Part shown: positions 10,027-19,704 of the stretch, piece by piece
How the letters are laid out: every line of letters begins with the position of its first letter
Numbering within the stretch: position 1 is the stretch's first letter
Origin: Candidatus Thorarchaeota archaeon
GTDB taxonomy: Archaea > Asgardarchaeota > Thorarchaeia > Thorarchaeales > Thorarchaeaceae
Direction: 5' to 3'
Assembly: GCA_048884785.1 (NCBI GenBank)
Contig: JBHLQM010000007.1
Coordinates: forward strand, 9,567 to 72,934
DNA length: 63,368 nt
Translations under genes and position numbers: made by a program
Notes under the pieces: model-generated
Databases searched by the model: none
What the model saw: the letters and a program-made list of their open reading frames with translations, nothing else
Told to the model about the DNA's origin: nothing

Positions 10027-11508
10027 GTGAAGCCTCTTGGTACTATTACCAAGTACTATCCGTTCATAGAGGAAAAACTCCAGAGGACTCTGAATCGATT
10101 AATGGATGAATCTGAGTGTTATTTTGAATTTGCTCAAAAACTGGCGAAGTATGTAATGGAGAATGATGTTGATGTTCATCTTGCATATCTTGCAACGAGA
10201 CTAATTTGGTGGACGCAAGTTCCAGATCTGATAGAATCTATCGCACTGAAATATCATGATTATGAACCGATACAGGCTTGGAAGTACCCACTTAGAGGCG
10301 CAATCACTGATCAGGTTAACTACGAAATGGAGTTTCAAAAGACACTAATTAAAGCCATAGAGCAATGTACAGACGATTGGATACGAGTTGAACTTTACCT
10401 ATTAGATGCTGTCTTCAAGATTCCTTTTTCCGTTCCTGATGTTGTGAAGTCATTGGATGCGGCAAGCCTCCTAATTGAAGACAACGAGAGGCTCGAATGT
10501 TTTAGTTCTTGGTTTGATGTCATTGAGGGAGTAACCAAAAAAAGAGAAATGACCTTGGACGAAACATGGAATCTTTTAGAGAGAGGAAGAAAAGCTGCAA
10601 AAATGTACAATGATGATATTGTCAGATACGAAAGTCTCCTGTATCAAGCCTCGATTAGGCGCGATGTGGATATCCAATCATCTCTGGATCTATACGAGCA
10701 GGCATATAGTTTAGCAACTGCCTTGGAGATTCCATTCTTCATATCAGAGGTAATGAGTGATTGCTCTGTTTCCTATGAGTTATCAGGTGAATTCGATTTG
10801 GCCGTAGCGAGCGCTTCTGAAGCTGTGAATGAATCTCATGGGATTCATCCGAATACACCGCTACTAATTCTAGCCCGCATATATTCGCGACTAGGAATGG
10901 GCGAAAAAGCTCTTGAGAGCATTAACAGTATCGACGAAACTCTAGATGAAACTAGTATTCATGTCTATCACCTAAGAAAGGCTCGCGCACTTCTTTTACT
11001 AAACAGGCTTGACGACGCCGAACACCATCTAGAATTTGCCTATCCTTTGGTTCTAAGAACTGACTGGGAAATGCGCCTAAGCGAATACTACCATGTGACT
11101 GGTCTTCTGGAATATGCGAGAGGAGAACTACATAATTCGTTGAACATGCTTCAGAAATCACTCGAGATTCTTGAACGTCGAAACCACCCTCTTTCGAAAA
11201 TACCAATCCTTAGAGATCTAGCCAACGTCGAACTTTCAATAGGTCTAGAATCAAAGGACTCTGAAGGCGCAATTGTCCCTGGTCAATGGATGACCTGCCT
11301 TGAGAACTTGATAAACAACCACACTTTACCGGGACTCAAAATGGAATTCGCACTTCTTAAGTCCGACTTTTATCTCAATTCAGGACATATTCAAGATGCT
11401 CGTCAGATTCTTGTAGATGCATTGAATCTCTCTGACTCAGATGCGTTCAGGACCCTACGATTTGAATTGAAAAAGAGGTTACACGCTATAGATTTGCTAT
11501 GGATATAG
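10027..11508 (+). CDS. Tetratricopeptide-repeat (helical repeat) protein
   Basis: 493 aa, all-helical, repeated TPR-like units such as LARIYSRLGMGEKALE and TGLLEYARGELHNSL. Confidence 0.75.
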   Translation: MKPLGTITKYYPFIEEKLQRTLNRLMDESECYFEFAQKLAKYVMENDVDVHLAYLATRLIWWTQVPDLIESIALKYHDYEPIQAWKYPLRGAITDQVNYEMEFQKTLIKAIEQCTDDWIRVELYLLDAVFKIPFSVPDVVKSLDAASLLIEDNERLECFSSWFDVIEGVTKKREMTLDETWNLLERGRKAAKMYNDDIVRYESLLYQASIRRDVDIQSSLDLYEQAYSLATALEIPFFISEVMSDCSVSYELSGEFDLAVASASEAVNESHGIHPNTPLLILARIYSRLGMGEKALESINSIDETLDETSIHVYHLRKARALLLLNRLDDAEHHLEFAYPLVLRTDWEMRLSEYYHVTGLLEYARGELHNSLNMLQKSLEILERRNHPLSKIPILRDLANVELSIGLESKDSEGAIVPGQWMTCLENLINNHTLPGLKMEFALLKSDFYLNSGHIQDARQILVDALNLSDSDAFRTLRFELKKRLHAIDLLWI

Positions 11509-11650
11509 GAATCATGAGATTAAGTATTCTTACCATTGATCACTCTTCTGACAATCACAGATACCTCTAGCATCTAAGGTACCTTTTTATTCCGCGACAA
11601 CCGGTTGGATTTCGGGATCAAATCATTAGAACTTCTCCGGGTGTCTACCT

Positions 11651-13042
11651 ATGGAAAAAGATTCTGAAATGGGAAATGTGACTCTTTTTGTCGTACTTGC
11701 TGCAGTCGCGGTGATTATTCTCTTTGAAGTATCGACATATAGCTATCTTTTGTTCCATTCAGCAGTCGAGCTTTTCTCAATTATCATAGCAATGTCTGTT
11801 TTTGTCATTGGATTGAATGCGGATAGGTTCTCTCACAATGAAATTTTTAGAGCACTTGGAATAGGCTACTTGTTTGTTGGAATTTTGGATACACTCCATT
11901 TGCTTGCCTTTAAGGGAATGGGGGTGTTTCCTGGTTTTGATGCCAACCTTCCGACGCAATTGTGGTTAGCCGCAAGAATCCTAGAGTGTTCAAACTTTCT
12001 TCTGGCACCGCTCATATACAAACGAAGTTCTCCACGATGGGCTATTTTCTCAGGAAATCTAATTTACAGTATTACGTTGACAGGATTGATATTCTCAGGA
12101 TATTTTCCTGTTGCGTATATTGAAGGAGTGGGGCTTACCCTATTCAAAGTGGGAACGGAATATGTCCTTATTGTATTGTTATTGGTTGCAATGGTTGCTT
12201 TTACAAGATACGATTTGGGGCTTGAAAAAAGACTAGTACGCCTTATCACATATGCACTCATTTCAACTGCCCTTGCTGAGATTTCTTTCACTCTTTATGT
12301 CGATGTTTACGGGATTATGAACATGATTGGACATTATCTTAAGCTGATATCCTTCTACTTCATCTATAGGGCAATGGTTGTTGGTCCTCTCTTTACTCCA
12401 TATGAGGTTATGTTTAGAAAAATCAAAAGAGATGAAGAAGCGCTAAGAATTGCCAATAAAACAATGAGGCACGATATTATCAACGAACTAGCAATTATTC
12501 AGACCTCACTCGAACTCTATTCTGAAATGGGAGATGACTCAGTTCTGAAAGAAGCAAATGAAGCGACAAAGAGAGGTATCAACCTGATACAATCAATTAA
12601 AACCTTGGAGAATTCGGACAACCGGGCACTTGATGCGAATTTCCTAAGAATTCATGATATGCTTTTGACATCAGCCCAAGATTCCAAATTGAAGGTGTCC
12701 ATTGAAGGCTCAAGTGAATGTCTAGCTAGTGATGCAATGTCATCTGTATTTCACAATATCATCCAAAATGCTGAACAGCACAGTAATTCAGATAGAATAG
12801 AGATTTCTCTAAAGGACGAGAAGGGCTTCTGCATCATAAGCTTCAGAGATTTCGGCAATGGAATTCCTGAAGACTTACACGAAAAGATATTCGAAGAGGG
12901 ATTTACCTACGGAGAAAATGCAGGAACTGGTATGGGTCTCTTTCTTGCTAGAAGAATAGTAGATAGATATAATGGGACGATTAAGTGTCTTAGCGGGTTT
13001 CCAAACGGATCCGTCTTTGAAGTAAGATTGCCTGCTCCTTAG
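11651..13042 (+). CDS. Membrane sensor histidine kinase (MASE3 + HisKA + HATPase)
   Basis: MASE3-like YLLFHSAVELFSI / DTLHLLAFKGM; H-box MRHDIINEL; N-box NIIQNA; G1 DFGNGI; G2 GTGMGL. Confidence 0.9.
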   Translation: MEKDSEMGNVTLFVVLAAVAVIILFEVSTYSYLLFHSAVELFSIIIAMSVFVIGLNADRFSHNEIFRALGIGYLFVGILDTLHLLAFKGMGVFPGFDANLPTQLWLAARILECSNFLLAPLIYKRSSPRWAIFSGNLIYSITLTGLIFSGYFPVAYIEGVGLTLFKVGTEYVLIVLLLVAMVAFTRYDLGLEKRLVRLITYALISTALAEISFTLYVDVYGIMNMIGHYLKLISFYFIYRAMVVGPLFTPYEVMFRKIKRDEEALRIANKTMRHDIINELAIIQTSLELYSEMGDDSVLKEANEATKRGINLIQSIKTLENSDNRALDANFLRIHDMLLTSAQDSKLKVSIEGSSECLASDAMSSVFHNIIQNAEQHSNSDRIEISLKDEKGFCIISFRDFGNGIPEDLHEKIFEEGFTYGENAGTGMGLFLARRIVDRYNGTIKCLSGFPNGSVFEVRLPAP

Positions 13043-13128
13043 AAACACCATCTGCATTTGCTTTCCTCTTTTTCAAGTGAGCATAGGTACAGTGAAATAG
13101 CATTATGTATAACCACCAGCTGATTGCA

Positions 13129-13608
13129 ATGTCAGATACAGAGTACTCGAATGACAAGAAAGTTCGGAAGGTCAACTCAGATTTAGAGAAGTTCAGGATT
13201 GATCTTCATAAGGCTGAATCTGAATTATCTGGAATTGATACACGCTTAGATGGCGAGATCGAGAGGCTCCGTGGTGACGCCAAGTCAAAGAAGGATTCAT
13301 TTGAAACACACCGAAGAAGAACGCAAGAGCTGGAAAAAGAGTGGCGGGCTGCTGATAGAATTTTCAAGAAAGCTCAAGGTGGCAAGAATAAGGAAATATC
13401 AGCGGCCAGAAAAAGAGTCGACACTCTTCGGAAAAGAATATCCAACGCAGAGAAGACCAAGGAGAAACGTATCAAAGAGATTGAAAAGAGCAAGCAGAAA
13501 CAAGTGGACAAGGTAAAGAAAGAGAAAGCTAAAGAGATGGATCACATCAAAGAAACAGAAATTGAGCGCGTTGAAGAGGAGAAGAAACGAGAACTAGGAA
13601 TGAGTTAG
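13129..13608 (+). CDS. Highly charged coiled-coil protein
   Basis: K/E/R-rich heptad-like sequence; likely start MSDTE at 13129. Confidence 0.7.
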   Translation: MSDTEYSNDKKVRKVNSDLEKFRIDLHKAESELSGIDTRLDGEIERLRGDAKSKKDSFETHRRRTQELEKEWRAADRIFKKAQGGKNKEISAARKRVDTLRKRISNAEKTKEKRIKEIEKSKQKQVDKVKKEKAKEMDHIKETEIERVEEEKKRELGMS

Positions 13609-13623
13609 GTTTTCAACTGGGAG

Positions 13624-14616
13624 ATGGGAAAGGTGAATGCGTACTTCATGATTGTGCTAGTTTCAATATTGCTTTTCTTTGTAGTGTGGCTATTCGGTCT
13701 ACTCCTTGAGAAGCTTTCACATGCTTCACTTAATGTCACAAGAAAGCCAGGGTCTCGCGCATGGTATGTTCTTGTCGGACCAGGAGTTGCGCTTCATGAA
13801 TCATCTCACGCCTTGGGGTGTGTTCTTACTAGAACTGAAATTGTGGAATTCAAACCAATCAATGTGTCAGTTCAAGGCGATCAGGTATTGCTTGGATATG
13901 TAAAGTATGTTAACCCTCCAAGTACGTTGAAGCGGACTATAATCAACCTTGCACCTGTTGGTATTTCACTTATCCTTCTGACTTTTTTTGCATTAGGGGC
14001 TACATACTTGATTCCTGATACTCATTTGGGAGGAGAGGCAATCGCTCTTCTTCAGAATCTCATTGGCCTAAAGAATGATCCAATTGTGTTGGCAGATATG
14101 TACGGACCCCTAAATATGATCGGTTCCTTTGTATTCGATTTCTTTTACACGTTTGCAGGTTTGACAGTTATCAATCCGCTTTTTTGGATAGTTGCTTTTC
14201 TTGCTATGACAATTATGTTCAGTAGTGCCCCCTCTGATGTAGATATCAAGAATGCACTTCCCGGACTAAAATTCCTATTATTGTTTGAAATGATTTGGCT
14301 TGTACTTGCTGCGGTGTATCCGCCTATCGGCTGGCTGCTACCAGGAGTATTCGAGCTCGCTGCAGTAATGTTTGCACTAGCCCTCGGATTCACAGCGATA
14401 GCCTATGGATTCTTCATCATGATAACAGCAATGGGCATGTTGAAAACGCCGTTCAATTTTATTCCGTTTATTGCTACTTTGCTAACTGGCTATGTACTTG
14501 CCACTTACTATCCACTAATGTTCTCTCTTGCTATGCAGACGATCATTTCTGTGGCAGTGTTTGTAGCGGTGGCTGTTCCATTACTACTAGCTAAGTCACT
14601 AAGATCTGAATCGTAA
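13624..14616 (+). CDS. Intramembrane zinc metalloprotease (M50/M50B-like)
   Basis: PGVALHESSH (HExxH), INLAP and APSDVD motifs embedded in multiple TM helices. Confidence 0.7.
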   Translation: MGKVNAYFMIVLVSILLFFVVWLFGLLLEKLSHASLNVTRKPGSRAWYVLVGPGVALHESSHALGCVLTRTEIVEFKPINVSVQGDQVLLGYVKYVNPPSTLKRTIINLAPVGISLILLTFFALGATYLIPDTHLGGEAIALLQNLIGLKNDPIVLADMYGPLNMIGSFVFDFFYTFAGLTVINPLFWIVAFLAMTIMFSSAPSDVDIKNALPGLKFLLLFEMIWLVLAAVYPPIGWLLPGVFELAAVMFALALGFTAIAYGFFIMITAMGMLKTPFNFIPFIATLLTGYVLATYYPLMFSLAMQTIISVAVFVAVAVPLLLAKSLRSES

Positions 14617-14665
14617 TACTGGGTATGATAAAGGCAGTATCCCTCATACTCAATGGTTACGAAGA

Positions 14666-15013
14666 ATGGCAAAGATAGACTTGGTTCGGCGTCCATCTCT
14701 AATAAGTCCCCGTCATTTACTCAGATACATCTTTTTTACTGAAATGCAGGTAGAACAAGCGGCGAAAATCCTCAATGAAATAATAGCCAGCAATGGGAAT
14801 ATATCGGATTCCGAGTGGGAGCGTTTTGTACTCAGCAGTAGAGGACTATATGTCAAAGTTATGCGGAAACTTAGAGACGTAGGATTAATCGAAAAAAGAA
14901 AAGGTGAATTCTCTATTGCTAATGATTTTTCTTCATCACTAAATAAGCTCAGCAGTTATTGGGCTGCAATAAAGGAATCTTTTGATGAAGGGGACAGGAG
15001 CATATCATTCTAG
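14666..15013 (+). CDS. Winged-helix protein
   Basis: YVKVMRKLRDVGLIEKRKGEFSI helix-wing pattern. Confidence 0.65.
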   Translation: MAKIDLVRRPSLISPRHLLRYIFFTEMQVEQAAKILNEIIASNGNISDSEWERFVLSSRGLYVKVMRKLRDVGLIEKRKGEFSIANDFSSSLNKLSSYWAAIKESFDEGDRSISF

Positions 15014-15015
15014 AA

Positions 15016-16599
15016 TCAATCTAGTTTGACTTCACCTTCCTTGATCTCAATCTCCTTTAGTGTTGAGACTGCAAGGTCGCCTTCCAACTTGATAACTCCG
15101 AGTTTTGACAATTCTCTTGCATGCTTTTGTGCCAGTCCAGCTGGAATTCCAAGAGCTTTGCCGAGGTCAGCGAATGACATCTTGCCCACTTCATCAACAA
15201 GTAGAAGAACTTTGGTATTGGCTTCGAGGCCTAGAACTGTGATATAGCGTTTGGTGCGTTCATCTGCAAGGTCTCTCATCTCTAATGCCATATCTCGCTC
15301 TTTCTCCATGAGACGTGTTGCCTTTTCATATGCTTCTCGCTGCATTTCTACAATAGGAATTTTCTCATTTGCTTCTTTGAGTTCCTGTTCCAAATCATAG
15401 ATCTTTTGCTCAAATTCCTTAATCTCATTGATTTTGTCTTGAACTGCTTCAATCTCTTTCAGGCGCTTAACTGAGAGCTCTTCTGCAGTATCCTTTTCCT
15501 TTGTTTTTTCTGCGAGCTCGCGTTCTAGTGTCTTAATCGTCTTTGCATTCGTTTCTGATTCCTGACGTCTTTCAGCTAGTGTCTTTTCGAGCAAATCGAC
15601 TTTTGATTTCAAGGCCTTTAATTCAGCCTCATTCGCAGGGGCAGGGGCTTTCTTGTGCGACTCCGCCTTTTTATAGACTTCAAGCTCTGTCTTGATTTCC
15701 GCTGTTTGAATCCGTTGCTCCTCAAGCTCCGATTTCACGTCATCTCGCTCTTTGGTTCGTTCCTCTATTACTGCATCCTTTCTGAATAGATTCTCTCTCA
15801 TCTCAGAGATTTCCGATTCAAGGTCAGCTATTCTTCGGTTAAGCTCTTCTCTGGCGACATCCTGAGACCTTGCTTCATTTATCTGGGCGTGAAGGGACTG
15901 CATTTTTTCCTGAAGATCTCGAATTTCCTTGTCCTTCTCCGTTAGTACATCGCCTGATGCAAGTGCATCTTCTTCAAGGCTTTGCATAAAGGATCTCACC
16001 ACATCTTGTTGCTGAATGATGGTGGCTCGAAGATTGGTTTCAGTTTCTCGAACTCTGGTTGCGAAGTCCTTGAATTTTTCTTGAGTTTCGTCAACTATTC
16101 TATCAACCAACTCTTTCTCTAGAGATGCAAATTCACCGTCTACTATGTCAACGAATGTCGTTTCGATGACTCCCTTGAACATGGGCATGCGCAGTTTCTC
16201 AACCATCTCATCGGAGATGATTGTCTTTAGATCGACGACCTTCCCTCTGAATGTAAGCAGCTGAGCCGCAAAGATCCCAACAACCGTTCGCTGCAGCGCA
16301 GTAATATCACTGCGCATAGATTCGAGCTTTTTAAGAAGCGCATCAAAATTCGCAACCGCCTCTGTTCCTTGAGTAATTTTCGCCGCTCTGCCTTCAGTTG
16401 AATCAAGACCTTCGACGAATTCAAGTGCAGTAGCTGCGGCCGAGATTAAATCATCCCCACTTTTAATAGGAATAGATGTATCTCCAAATTCATCTTCTCC
16501 CTCTGCCATCTTTTGAATGTTTAAATCAGTGAGCGCAGATTCTTTCAAAGCCTTCTGCATATCGGCTTTGTCTTTTTCAGTCAATTTCTCATCTGGCAT
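15016..16599 (-). CDS. Long coiled-coil protein with C-terminal winged helix
   Basis: About 350 aa of heptad-rich E/K sequence, ending in MSFADLGKALGI...HARELSKLGVIKLEG (wHTH-like). No ATPase motifs. Confidence 0.75.
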   Translation of the reverse strand: MPDEKLTEKDKADMQKALKESALTDLNIQKMAEGEDEFGDTSIPIKSGDDLISAAATALEFVEGLDSTEGRAAKITQGTEAVANFDALLKKLESMRSDITALQRTVVGIFAAQLLTFRGKVVDLKTIISDEMVEKLRMPMFKGVIETTFVDIVDGEFASLEKELVDRIVDETQEKFKDFATRVRETETNLRATIIQQQDVVRSFMQSLEEDALASGDVLTEKDKEIRDLQEKMQSLHAQINEARSQDVAREELNRRIADLESEISEMRENLFRKDAVIEERTKERDDVKSELEEQRIQTAEIKTELEVYKKAESHKKAPAPANEAELKALKSKVDLLEKTLAERRQESETNAKTIKTLERELAEKTKEKDTAEELSVKRLKEIEAVQDKINEIKEFEQKIYDLEQELKEANEKIPIVEMQREAYEKATRLMEKERDMALEMRDLADERTKRYITVLGLEANTKVLLLVDEVGKMSFADLGKALGIPAGLAQKHARELSKLGVIKLEGDLAVSTLKEIEIKEGEVKLD

Positions 16600-16785
16600 G
16601 GGATTCCCTCAAGGAGCAAGCTACGCAGCTATGATGCGTGTCTCGTGTATAAGGTTTCCTAGAGTATGCTCTTCAATGTTTTTACTGGTGAAAAAATGAT
16701 TCAAATAGGCACCTAGCCTGTTTCATATCATTCCGCTCCAAGACCAGAGTGTATGCCAACAACTCGGTAAGGTCATATTGGTCAA

Positions 16786-18024
16786 ATGGTATCGTGTTGC
16801 CTAATGACCACCAGTAAGAAAATCCTTCAAGACAAGAATATTGGCGTAGTTGGATTTAATGCTCGCCCATTAGCATGCTCTGCGTACAAAGCGGGTGGGA
16901 ATGCATATGTTTCAGATTACTGGGGGGATTCGGATCTAAATCAGTGCTCTAAAGATTGGGTTGCGGTTCTCAGTTCTGTTCCAGGAAGTCGACAGAGAGG
17001 CACACTGGAATCACCTGTGTATATTACTCTGGCCAAGAATTTCCTAGAAGTATTCTCAGAAACCAGATTTGATTTCATTTTGATTGGAAGTGGATTTGAT
17101 GACCATTCGGAATCGCTGGCAAGGATTGAGGGGATGTTTGGAATAACCGGAAATTCAGTAGAGCAAATGAAATTGGCTAGGAATCGAAGTAAACTCAGGA
17201 CGCTGGCGAATAGATACAAAATCGGAATGCCTCAAGAATCTCTTGTTGAAGACAAGGATGATGCAATAAAATCTGCAGATGATATTGGCTATCCCTGTGT
17301 TGTTCGACCAATCACTTCTGGAGGCGGGGCTGGCATAAGAGTACTACCCAATTCCAATGCCCTTGAAAGATATTATGCGGCTCTTGAAGATACTGGGAAA
17401 ATTGGTGCTCGAATTATTCAAGAGTATGTGCCGGGCTGGGATGTAAGTGCAAGCGTTCTCGGAGCTAGAAAAGAAGCTATGACACTATCAGTGCAGGGAC
17501 AGCTTATTGGGCTTCCTTCAACAGGCAGAAACTGTGATTTTGCCTATGGCGGCAACTACTACCCCCCTAGAATCAGCGAAAATACTAATGAGAGGATACG
17601 ACATGTTTCAGAAGCCATCATCAAATCAATTGGGCTCATTGGTTCAAATGGTATCGATTATGTAGTTGATAAAAAGGGAGACATATGGCTCTTTGAAGTC
17701 AATCCACGTTTTCAAGGGTCATTGGAAATGCTTGAGCATGCAGGAAATATCTCCATATCTGAGCTACACGTGAATGCATGTAATGGAGAATTGCCAAATG
17801 AAGCTCCGAAATTCAAACCAATAGTGAAGATGATAGTCTATGCAGTAAAGGATGGAATTGTTCCGGATCTGTCTATTTTTCCAAATTCGGTTGATAGGTC
17901 TCCAGCAGGTGTTGGCGTTCAGAAGGGAGATCCCATATGTTCGGTTATTGAGATTGGACATAACCTACGAGATGCCTATACTAAGGCAAAATACTGTTTT
18001 GATGCAATACAAAAAGGCCTCTGA
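16786..18024 (+). CDS. ATP-grasp family carboligase (COG2232-like)
   Basis: PCVVRPITSGGGAGI, IIQEYVPG, GSNGIDY, EVNPRFQGS motifs. Confidence 0.85.
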   Translation: MVSCCLMTTSKKILQDKNIGVVGFNARPLACSAYKAGGNAYVSDYWGDSDLNQCSKDWVAVLSSVPGSRQRGTLESPVYITLAKNFLEVFSETRFDFILIGSGFDDHSESLARIEGMFGITGNSVEQMKLARNRSKLRTLANRYKIGMPQESLVEDKDDAIKSADDIGYPCVVRPITSGGGAGIRVLPNSNALERYYAALEDTGKIGARIIQEYVPGWDVSASVLGARKEAMTLSVQGQLIGLPSTGRNCDFAYGGNYYPPRISENTNERIRHVSEAIIKSIGLIGSNGIDYVVDKKGDIWLFEVNPRFQGSLEMLEHAGNISISELHVNACNGELPNEAPKFKPIVKMIVYAVKDGIVPDLSIFPNSVDRSPAGVGVQKGDPICSVIEIGHNLRDAYTKAKYCFDAIQKGL

Positions 18025-18059
18025 GAGTGGTTAGATAGGTTAACTCTCTTACCACTCTC
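18023..18059. terminator. Inverted repeat between convergent genes
   Basis: GAGAGTGGT...ACCACTCTC 9-bp stem between the stops at 18024 and 18082. Confidence 0.4.
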
Positions 18060-18081
18060 TCAAGCCATTCCAGCCACCTAT

Positions 18082-19518
18082 TCACTCATCTTCAGGGATT
18101 CCAGAGAGATACCTAGCAATCTTTTTCCGCTGTTCTAAATCATAACCCTTCAAAATAGCCACATCTTCCATCTGTGGACTTCCTCCTCCATGAAGTCCGG
18201 CTACTGCAATCACTCCTCCAATTGAAGAACAGAGCATGTCGGAAAGTGTGCGGTATACTTTGTAGACATTTTCCGCAGAAACGTCTTCTTTCCGTTTGAT
18301 ATACTTTTGAAGCAGTGGTCCTATCTTCTCGTCAAAGAAATCTTCTTCGTGAGGAAGTGTGGCCGGGAGTCCTCCTGCAAGGTCAGAAAGTATCTCGAGC
18401 TCGTGATAGTAATTCTTGCCTGCATGCTTTCTTCCAACGTTGCAGAAAACGGCATCAGGCACCATAGTACCAGAGGGGTCTTTTGTTCCCTTGTATGCCG
18501 CGGCGATGCCTGCTGCATAGACCAATTCACTAACGCTGATCAATTCAGCGAGCTTGGTTTGTACATGTTTTTTATCCTCGATCCCATTGTATTCACTAAC
18601 TAGGGCGCTGAAGCCAAGAATGATTTCAGAGCTCGCAGGTTTGCATCCAGTATAGCTGTGTCGATGATAAAGAGCAAACAGCAATGCAGCCCACCCGCCA
18701 AAGACATGCTCGCCTTCATATCCCCCGAGAAAAACGCGTTCATTTGGAATGAAAACATCATCAAAAATTATGAAGTTCTCTACATCTCCTACCTCGCCCA
18801 TTGGACATGAGAATTTCTCGCGCTTGAAGTTCGAGGCTCTCGTGACCAGCTGCACTCCATCCCAATCACCAGGCACAGCAAATGCCACGGAATACTGATC
18901 TTCCTTCTCGGTTAGCATCCTCGTCGGAGTAACAATGATTTCTTCTGCCACTGCGGCTGCAGTGATATGATTCTTTGCTCCTCTGACAACAATACCATCG
19001 TCTCTATGTTCTATCACACGTAGGTAGAGATCTGGGTCAGCTTGTTCATGCGGTCGGAGTGAACGGTCACCCTTAACATCAGTCTGTGCGCAACATCCAA
19101 TAATATCATTCTCTTGCCAGTAGTTGAGATACTTCTGAAATCTCTGATTATATGGGCGACCTGTCATTGATTCGGCTCGATGTGTAATTATCGACAGAGA
19201 GTTCATAGCATCAATACCCATACATCTGAAAATGCAACCCCCACTCTCTCTGCATAATTTTCTAGTGAGTTCTTGCTTTTTCAGAAGGTCATCAACACTC
19301 TGGTGAATGTGGGTGAAACGGTTTATCGTTCCATGAGATTCTGACTGGACAGAGAGCAAATCCTTGAACTCAGGTTTGTTTACATTATCTAGTGTCAAAG
19401 CGATTACTTTGGCAACGCCCTGCAATCTAGTATCGTCACGCGTGACATTCTGGCCATTCATTATCACATTAGGTTTCATTTTATACAATTTCGATAGATA
19501 TTCTTCTCCGGTCTTCAT
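18082..19518 (-). CDS. abfD: 4-hydroxybutyryl-CoA dehydratase / vinylacetyl-CoA delta-isomerase
   Basis: Fe-S ligands CIFRC (Cx3C) and HRHSYTGC (Hx6C); QTDVKGDRS, RGAKNHIT and HGGGSP motifs; start MKTG at 19518. Confidence 0.88.
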   Translation of the reverse strand: MKTGEEYLSKLYKMKPNVIMNGQNVTRDDTRLQGVAKVIALTLDNVNKPEFKDLLSVQSESHGTINRFTHIHQSVDDLLKKQELTRKLCRESGGCIFRCMGIDAMNSLSIITHRAESMTGRPYNQRFQKYLNYWQENDIIGCCAQTDVKGDRSLRPHEQADPDLYLRVIEHRDDGIVVRGAKNHITAAAVAEEIIVTPTRMLTEKEDQYSVAFAVPGDWDGVQLVTRASNFKREKFSCPMGEVGDVENFIIFDDVFIPNERVFLGGYEGEHVFGGWAALLFALYHRHSYTGCKPASSEIILGFSALVSEYNGIEDKKHVQTKLAELISVSELVYAAGIAAAYKGTKDPSGTMVPDAVFCNVGRKHAGKNYYHELEILSDLAGGLPATLPHEEDFFDEKIGPLLQKYIKRKEDVSAENVYKVYRTLSDMLCSSIGGVIAVAGLHGGGSPQMEDVAILKGYDLEQRKKIARYLSGIPEDE

Positions 19519-19704
19519 AATAAAACACTGCAGCACATTGTTTGTAGCAATACTTAAGCAAAGCGGAATTCAACCGAAGCATAGATAATTTCATTTTTGA
19601 TGATTCAAATTACTTCTCTTATTGGACTAATCAGAGTGGAGTGCAAACCTATATCTGGAAATACGTCAAACGATATACATCCTGTGCCTGAGGGTGAAAG
19701 ACTA

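Noticed and set aside
15016-16599. SMC or ESCRT-III annotation
   Set aside because: No Walker motifs or hinge, and it is much longer than a Snf7 core with no recognisable similarity.
18082-19518. Evidence for autotrophic 4HB carbon fixation
   Set aside because: A single enzyme that also serves fermentation is insufficient; no other cycle genes are in the window.
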